From: Ignicoccus pacificus DSM 13166
GTDB lineage: Archaea > Thermoproteota > Thermoprotei_A > Sulfolobales > Ignicoccaceae
Length of the DNA: 32,000 nucleotides
Assembly (NCBI GenBank): GCA_025340205.1
Contig: CP006868.1
Location: 270,001 to 302,000 of the forward strand
Direction: 5' to 3'
Both the position numbers and the translations under genes were made by a program. This document shows, piece after piece, positions 25,961 to 32,000 of the stretch (the first letter of the stretch is position 1; the number at the start of each line of letters is the position of its first letter). The notes under the pieces are model-generated. The model ran no database searches, was not told the DNA's origin, and saw only the letters and a program-made list of their open reading frames with translations.

Positions 25961-27166
25961 TCAGAAGAGCATTACCTTTCCTTCAATGATCTCCTTGGTT
26001 ATCTGAGGTATTCTGTCGAGCACCTCCTCAGCTATCTCTTGCGCCCTCTTCCTTATGCTTTCATTGATTTCTCCCTTAACCCTCAGAGTCGCTACCAAGG
26101 GCTCGGTTATCGGCTTGCCTATCTGGCTCAGGAGCTCTACGTACACCTCCTTGGTCTCCGGAAGCTCCTCAACCACCTTCCTAGCTATCTCGTTAGCGGC
26201 CACGTTGTAGAGCTTCCCTACGTGGCTCACCGGGTTCTTTCCAGCAGCAGCTTCCATGCTCATGGGCCTCATGGGAGTGATTAGGCCGTTAACCCTGTTG
26301 CCCCTTCCGGTCATTCCGTCATCTCCGTGCTCGGAGCTGGTTCCGGTTACCGTTAGGTAGTAGATCCCTTGTTCAGGCTTGTCGGCGGTGTTCACGAATA
26401 TCTCCACGTCGTGGTTGGGGGCGTATTCCCTCGCTACCCCCTCAGCTATGTCCTTCACTTGCTCCTTGACGGCCATGTACTCTCCCGGATCTCTAACCTC
26501 GGAGCTCACGATAGCAGCAGCTATGGTGAGCTTGATCTTGTTGCCTAGCCTGAGTCCCATTACCTTTATGTCCTCTCCTAGGGCCTTGACCTTGCTCTTG
26601 GTCTCAGGGGAGTTCAGCTTCCTCTCGACGTGGAACACCACGTTCTCCAGGGTGCTGAAGGGAGCGTAGCCGACTCCCACGGAAGTGTCGTTTGCAAGGG
26701 GAACGGTCTTGCCCAGCTCGAACACTCCCACCAGATCGGCTGATCCCTTTCCTACCTTGTAGTCTATGATCACGTCGTGCTCAACGTCTAGGTGGGGCAA
26801 GTTCTTCTTTAGCCAGTCCTTAGCTGCTCTGATCAGGATGGTTCCGAGAGGTATCTGCTCTATTCCGTCTTCAGTTCTGACCTCGGTCACGGCCCTTCCG
26901 GAGATCACTATGTATATGGGATGTAGGACCTCTCCTCCTCCGAACTTAGGGTTGGCCTGTCCTCCAACTAGTAGGGTCTTGTCGAGGTTGTGGTGGAATA
27001 TGTGGCCGAACCTCTCAAGGTAGAAGAGGGAGAGCTGTCTGCTGGCCTCCTCGGAGATAGCGTCAGAGATGTAGTCGGGGTGTCCGGTTCCCTTCCTCTC
27101 CACTATCTCAGTGTCTATCTCATCCTGAGGGGGTAGAGGTAGCTTTGATACCACTACGTTCTTCAT
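25961..27166 (-). CDS. mat: Archaeal-type S-adenosylmethionine synthetase
   Basis: [84 protein letters not shown]-type motifs. Confidence 0.97.
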   Translation of the reverse strand: MKNVVVSKLPLPPQDEIDTEIVERKGTGHPDYISDAISEEASRQLSLFYLERFGHIFHHNLDKTLLVGGQANPKFGGGEVLHPIYIVISGRAVTEVRTEDGIEQIPLGTILIRAAKDWLKKNLPHLDVEHDVIIDYKVGKGSADLVGVFELGKTVPLANDTSVGVGYAPFSTLENVVFHVERKLNSPETKSKVKALGEDIKVMGLRLGNKIKLTIAAAIVSSEVRDPGEYMAVKEQVKDIAEGVAREYAPNHDVEIFVNTADKPEQGIYYLTVTGTSSEHGDDGMTGRGNRVNGLITPMRPMSMEAAAGKNPVSHVGKLYNVAANEIARKVVEELPETKEVYVELLSQIGKPITEPLVATLRVKGEINESIRKRAQEIAEEVLDRIPQITKEIIEGKVMLF

Positions 27167-27169
27167 GTC

Positions 27170-27442
27170 TCACAGCCCCAATACCTTGTGGTAATCCAAA
27201 CTTACGTACATGACGTAGCTTCCCCTGATCATGACCCTTCCGTACTTCGCTATTACCTCGCCAGTCTCTGGAGATCTCTCCTCGCAGTCGTCCAGTATCA
27301 AGTTCATCGTGTTGTCACTGAACACCAGCTTTCCGGTGTACTCGCTTCCGTCCTTTAGCTTCACTAAGACCACGTTGTTCTTCGCACCTCTGAGGTACTT
27401 CAGGGGACTCTCTAGCTTGAGCTTGGTTTCCTCGCGTGGCAC
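27170..27442 (-). CDS. Lsm/Sm-like RNA-binding protein
   Basis: LKDGSEYTGKLVFSDNTMNLILDDCEE (Sm1) and GRVMIRGSYVMYVS (Sm2). Confidence 0.92.
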   Translation of the reverse strand: MPREETKLKLESPLKYLRGAKNNVVLVKLKDGSEYTGKLVFSDNTMNLILDDCEERSPETGEVIAKYGRVMIRGSYVMYVSLDYHKVLGL

Positions 27443-27564
27443 GCTGCCTTCCCTAATTGCCTCAACCGATGGTTGCTTTAAAGAGGTTCCGCGGGAGCTC
27501 GTCTCAAAGCGAATAGCGCCTTCTGACTCTTAGCTCGTGGAGAGGTTGGGGTAGGGGAGAAAAG

Positions 27565-28032
27565 GTGGCCCTCTCCAAACCAATTCCCAAAGACATAACC
27601 GAAGAGCTCTTCAGATACCGCTTAGAGCAAGCTGAGGAAGAGGTTAAGCTTGCTAAGAGGCTCTTGAAGGAAGGTTTCATTAGGAACGCCGCTGGTAAGG
27701 CCTTCCAAGCCTGGAAGGAACTGCTCGGAGCTTACATCGTCAAGCACTATGAGGACCTCAAGGGCTTCTACAGCGAGGAAAAGTTGAAGAAGTTAGCTTT
27801 ACTCGTTCCGACCACGAAGATGAAGGAAATAAGCAACAAGTTGGCTCAAGTTGGGGAAAGGGAACTAACTGCTTGGACCGATAAGGCCCTCTCCCTCCAT
27901 AGGTTCCAATATAACGGCCCAGATCCAGACTTGGCCCTAAGCGATTACAGGAGCGAGGAGGAAGCTAGAGAGGATATTGAGATATTGATTGGGGAGATAG
28001 AGAGGAGAGTGAGAGAACTTAGGAAAGGTTGA
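27565..28032 (+). CDS. PaREP1/HEPN-like helical protein
   Basis: RLEQAEEEVKLAKRLLKEGFIRNAAGKAFQAWKELLGAYIVKHYEDL resembles the crenarchaeal PaREP1 family. Confidence 0.6.
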   Translation: MALSKPIPKDITEELFRYRLEQAEEEVKLAKRLLKEGFIRNAAGKAFQAWKELLGAYIVKHYEDLKGFYSEEKLKKLALLVPTTKMKEISNKLAQVGERELTAWTDKALSLHRFQYNGPDPDLALSDYRSEEEAREDIEILIGEIERRVRELRKG

Positions 28033-29035
28033 AAGCCTCGTCTGCCATAGACAAGATTTCCAGAAGCAATCGTCGGTGTCTTTCGGAATCTTCCTCTATA
28101 TCCCCCATAAATGATAACTTTACGTATCCGAAGTTACAATTCAACACCTTTACCTCTTCCATACGCGAACGGACAACAGCTATAAAGAAGTAGTCTTTCC
28201 CAAGTTCTTTTTCGTACGCGCTTAGTTGATAATAGGCCCTTCGCAGAGCTTCCTTATCATCTCTATAGAATTTACATTCAATGATGATGCTAGTTTTCCT
28301 TTTTGGGAGAAAGATGTCTATTATTGGATCAAGGAAGCATGAGCCATTCAATTTCACATTTAAGTAGGCTTCACCAAAGGGACCGCTAAGTTTAGAACCT
28401 TTGAACTTGAGACGAAGAACTTTATCTTCTCTAAGGATTAGAGAAGCAACGTAGAGTTCGAAAAGAAATCCAAAAGCGGTTTCTCGGAATTCGTAACCTT
28501 CCCTCTTTCCTCGTTTTCCAATATTCTCGATCATCTTGAGCACTTTTGATAAATAAATCAATCTTGGACTTCTAGGTGTTTTAGGAGGAAATCTTGAAGT
28601 CTCCAATATATAGGGCAAGTAATGCATTCGATCCCTCAGTACCATGGAGGCAAACGGATCACGCTTGATATGATTCATTATTGCTATTATCTTCCTCGAA
28701 AGCCATGAAATCTCAGAAATGAAGGATCGGTTAGCAGAGGGTCTGTACCATGATAATTTATTCTTAATCAGCGGTCTTCCAGGAGGAACGTCAAATGCTT
28801 CAATTCCCCCACCTTTTCGGGCCTTCAAGTATTCTTCTGTCAATTCTTTCATTATGTCCCGAAGAAGCATGGCCTCTATTACATTTAGCGAATCATCATC
28901 GGCCAAGTAAGGTGGAAGTTCCATCTTTATAGAATCCTTCAAATAAGCGACTATCTCAGCCTTGGCTAGATCAAATTCATCCCTTACATCTTTTAAGGCA
29001 CTCAAGTTCATCCGGATCCACCTTTCTCCCTTCAA
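28019..29035 (-). CDS. PD-(D/E)XK nuclease, McrC-like component
   Basis: C-terminal LDPIIDIFLPKRKTSIIIECKFYRDD...AYYQLSAYEKE is a PD-(D/E)XK core; adjacent to an McrB-like ATPase gene with overlapping ends. Confidence 0.82.
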   Translation of the reverse strand: MKGERWIRMNLSALKDVRDEFDLAKAEIVAYLKDSIKMELPPYLADDDSLNVIEAMLLRDIMKELTEEYLKARKGGGIEAFDVPPGRPLIKNKLSWYRPSANRSFISEISWLSRKIIAIMNHIKRDPFASMVLRDRMHYLPYILETSRFPPKTPRSPRLIYLSKVLKMIENIGKRGKREGYEFRETAFGFLFELYVASLILREDKVLRLKFKGSKLSGPFGEAYLNVKLNGSCFLDPIIDIFLPKRKTSIIIECKFYRDDKEALRRAYYQLSAYEKELGKDYFFIAVVRSRMEEVKVLNCNFGYVKLSFMGDIEEDSERHRRLLLEILSMADEAFNLS

Positions 29036-30371
29036 CTTCTCTCAAAGCAAGGTACACTTTTTCACAGAAGTCGGGTTGCAACTCCAAAGAAGGAGGAACG
29101 AATACGGAACAGAAAGCCCTCCTTATACCGAGGACTTCCTTTAATGATTTATATAGATCAAGAGCACCCTTACCCATGGGTATCGGAATAGTAATACTCT
29201 TTTCAAGGACTTTTCTCATGAATTCGACAACCCATTGATCTTCTTCGTCCGTCCTTATGTCTATTTGCATCATCAATACCGGAAAGAACCTTCTCCTCAG
29301 AGCTTCTCCTAACGTAAAGGTACTAGCATAATCGACGGTATTCATGGTAGCTGCTATCCTCAAATTTTGTCTTATCGTCTCTTTGTTATACTTAAGTATG
29401 TTTAAAGCTTTCTTCGCTATTTCGTCCAACTCCATCTCTCTTTTCCTTCTTTCTAGAAATTGTTCTAAAACTTCTAAGTTCCATTGATGCGGCATTGGTC
29501 CCGAGAAAGTAGCAAAGAAGATACCAAATGCCTTATCTGCATCACATCTGTTTATTTCATCGAATATCAAGAGGGTCTTTCCTTTACAAGATTCCACTAT
29601 GGCTTCCAGCAGCGCCCCCGAAGAGAACGCCAAGGTGGAGTGTTTCAGCGTCTCCCCTCCTATTACGTCCTTCTCGGTCCAAGTTGCATTACCTACGTAT
29701 ATCAAAGTTTTCACGCCCTTCTCTTTTAGACGCACCAAGGTGGATGTCTTCCCTATTCCTGGAGGACCTTCTAACAAGATATTTCCTCTTTTAAGGAGGG
29801 ATAGAGGCGGTTCGATCTCTATTTTCTCCCAAGGATCGTTCTTACAAGATATACCGAGGATTCTCAAAATAACTTCCCTTATCTCTTCTGATCTTTTGCT
29901 CACTCTCTGGAGACTTTGACTACCAAAACCTTGGTACACCAATCCAAGAACTTCGGTTGCCTCACAACCCTTTATCAGGGGTTTAAGAAATACCAGATAT
30001 CTGAAGCTCTCTGCTTTTTCCCACTTAAGGTTTAACGCCTCCTTTAGCTCACTGTCCTTGTCGTCTGCGACACAAACGATTGGACCTACTAAGGGAAAGT
30101 CTACGTTCTTTTTCTTTCCACAGTAGTGTACTATTCCCCAAGCCTTTCCCTTTTCGACAGAGCGTTTGAGTAAGGAGAAAGTCTTCTCGTTTCCCTTCTT
30201 CTCGGTTATACCCCAAACGAATAATCCTATCTTCTTTAAGGCTTCAATAGAAACATCAAAGTTCTTAGGATTTAAACTGCCTATGACATATACGTCCTCT
30301 ATGCTTTGGGGATTGTAAGCTAGATTACACGTACCTTTATCCCTAACTAAATTTAGCGTCTCCCCATTCAT
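28977..30371 (-). CDS. McrB-like AAA+ ATPase with novel N-terminal domain
   Basis: Walker A LLEGPPGIGKTS, Walker B LLIFDEINRCDADKAFGIFFATFSG, sensor RIAATMNTVDYASTFTLGEALRRRFFP, all typical of the MoxR/McrB clade. Confidence 0.88.
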   Translation of the reverse strand: MNGETLNLVRDKGTCNLAYNPQSIEDVYVIGSLNPKNFDVSIEALKKIGLFVWGITEKKGNEKTFSLLKRSVEKGKAWGIVHYCGKKKNVDFPLVGPIVCVADDKDSELKEALNLKWEKAESFRYLVFLKPLIKGCEATEVLGLVYQGFGSQSLQRVSKRSEEIREVILRILGISCKNDPWEKIEIEPPLSLLKRGNILLEGPPGIGKTSTLVRLKEKGVKTLIYVGNATWTEKDVIGGETLKHSTLAFSSGALLEAIVESCKGKTLLIFDEINRCDADKAFGIFFATFSGPMPHQWNLEVLEQFLERRKREMELDEIAKKALNILKYNKETIRQNLRIAATMNTVDYASTFTLGEALRRRFFPVLMMQIDIRTDEEDQWVVEFMRKVLEKSITIPIPMGKGALDLYKSLKEVLGIRRAFCSVFVPPSLELQPDFCEKVYLALREVEGRKVDPDELECLKRCKG

Positions 30372-30938
30372 TCCCTCTCTTGTTCATCTGCAATTTGAGG
30401 GTGAAAAGAGCTTAATACGATATCTTTTGACGATAATAGTCAATCTAGACATATGACGAGTGCGTGGGGGATAGGAATCATAGGAGAGAAGAGAGCACGC
30501 GAACTCACTAGAATTCACGAAAGATAAGTAGGTAATGTGTATGTCTGTATGCCTTGTAAGACGAAGACGTCAGCTTTACTTCGATCATTCCCACTACCTT
30601 CTCGCTGTCGTTTAAATGGTCATTAGGAAACGTTAAATATTCATAACATTTTGTTCGACTATATGCGATTGGTTCTAGATTAGATCTGGCGTTAAGGTAG
30701 ACTCGAAACCGTATGAAGAGGGATATTGATTTGATAGGTAGTCAGTAAACGAGAGAGAAGAGTCACCAAGGACGCTATCCTTCCCTTCTGCACTTAGATT
30801 AAGTCCATTATTGGATATCGATGACTGGAGCGTGAGGATGCCCTCATCCATCATAACCTTTCTATGTTCTAATCCAAGAACTTCAGTCGTCTTCCATCAA
30901 TATAAGTAAATATATACAGCTCTTGACTTCCGAGAGCG

Positions 30939-32000
30939 GTGGAAGTTGTGGAGTACAAGGATCCCGGAAAGCCCGTTCACAAGCTGATAGAGGAGCAAGC
31001 GAACAAGAATCCCGATAAGGTCGCCTTCGTCTACGAGGACGGAACCAAGCTAACCTACTCCGAGCTCGTGAAGAGATCAAAGGCCGTCGCTAACCTATTG
31101 AAGGAGAAGGGGGTGCAGAAGGGAGATACCGTGTTCCTCATAATGTTCAACAGGCCCGAGTTCGTGACCGGCTTACTAGGATCCCTTTACGCCGGAGCTA
31201 GGGTAGTCATTGCGGACGCTCTAACGCAGAAGGAGGACTTAGCCTTCCAGCTCGAGGACAGCAAGCCCAAGGTGGTCTTAGCTGACAGCGAAGTCTTGGA
31301 AAGGGAGAAGGAGACGCTCAAGGACTACCAAGTTCTAACCGAGGATGACCTAGCCAAGGCTCAAGGAGAGCACGAGGTAGAGGTAGATTACGAGGACGAC
31401 GCTAGGATATTCTACTATGCTGGAATAGCCGGCAGGACCATGCAAGTGATCCACTCTCACAGATCCTTCACCGGAGCGATAGTGCCCTTGGTACAAGCAG
31501 AGGGCATCGAGGAGAGCGATGTAAGCTTGGTGACCGTTCCCTTAACCCACGTCTTGGGATTGGACGCAGCCTTCCTCTCCGCCTTGGTGAGCGGTGGTAC
31601 TGCTTTACTCCTCAAGAAGTTTAACATGAACAAGATAAAGGAGCTAGCGAAGGAGCACAAGCCCACTTATATCGTAGCGGTTCCTTTGGTATACCAAACC
31701 ATGATGAAGGAGGATGAGGAGTTCGTGAAGGAGTTAGGGAAGAGCCTCAAGTGGTCCATGAGCGGGGGAGCTTACTTGCCTCCAGACGACCAGAAGAGGT
31801 GGGAGGAGCTAACCGGAAAGCCCTTGCTCCAAGTCTACGGAATGACAGAGGCCCCTCAGATCTTCGCGACCACCCCTCAGAAGCATAAGATAGGGAGCCT
31901 GGGCTTCCCATTACCCGGAGTGGAGGCCCTACTGGTAGATCCCGATACGCTAGAGATCAAGGAGGACCAAGGAGAGCTCCTCGTAAGAGGCCCTCAAGTG
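30939..32000 (+). CDS. AMP-binding acyl-CoA synthetase/ligase-like protein, GTG start, truncated by window end
   Basis: Open frame to window end (VEVVEYKDPGKPVHKLIEEQANKNPDKVAFVYEDGTKLTYSELVKRS...); retains YGMTEAPQI; not in supplied ORF track because there is no stop. Confidence 0.85.
   Translation, partial: MEVVEYKDPGKPVHKLIEEQANKNPDKVAFVYEDGTKLTYSELVKRSKAVANLLKEKGVQKGDTVFLIMFNRPEFVTGLLGSLYAGARVVIADALTQKEDLAFQLEDSKPKVVLADSEVLEREKETLKDYQVLTEDDLAKAQGEHEVEVDYEDDARIFYYAGIAGRTMQVIHSHRSFTGAIVPLVQAEGIEESDVSLVTVPLTHVLGLDAAFLSALVSGGTALLLKKFNMNKIKELAKEHKPTYIVAVPLVYQTMMKEDEEFVKELGKSLKWSMSGGAYLPPDDQKRWEELTGKPLLQVYGMTEAPQIFATTPQKHKIGSLGFPLPGVEALLVDPDTLEIKEDQGELLVRGPQV

Noticed and set aside
25730-26284. 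184-aa plus-strand ORF antisense to the AdoMet synthetase region
   Set aside because: Overlaps two supported minus-strand genes; Leu/Ser/His-rich antisense composition, no recognisable motif.
30372-30938. Long intergenic region upstream of the AMP-binding gene as a possible ncRNA or mobile remnant
   Set aside because: No clear inverted repeats, tRNA-like fold or conserved ORF seen; insufficient support.

Overview
The window looks like crenarchaeal chromosome, possibly Ignicoccus-like (an inference from protein style only). Housekeeping genes (his cluster, HIT protein, SfsA, GGPP-synthase-like, AdoMet synthetase, Lsm) flank two defence regions. The central region (about 6.7-21.6 kb) is a type III-B CRISPR-Cas (Cmr) locus. 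One divergent arm encodes cmr4, cmr5, cas10/cmr2 and cmr3. The other encodes a small helical protein, cmr1, a P-loop ATPase, an unknown 473-aa protein, a 747-aa adenosine-deaminase-superfamily protein and cmr6, followed by a 12-repeat CRISPR array. The strongest candidate for a novel system is the ATPase/unknown/deaminase cassette inserted between cmr1 and cmr6. It uses 4-bp stop/start overlaps (unknown::deaminase and deaminase::cmr6) and resembles a RADAR (RdrA/RdrB)-like module built into a type III-B operon. Cas10 keeps GGDD, but no recognisable CARF effector is present. A second defence-like region (28.0-30.4 kb) has an McrB-like AAA+ ATPase beside a PD-(D/E)XK nuclease. A tRNA-Trp(CCA) with a 72-nt intron, a tRNA-Pro(GGG), and a HAD phosphatase overlapping hisH are also visible. 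All homology calls come from motif recognition by eye; no database search was run.
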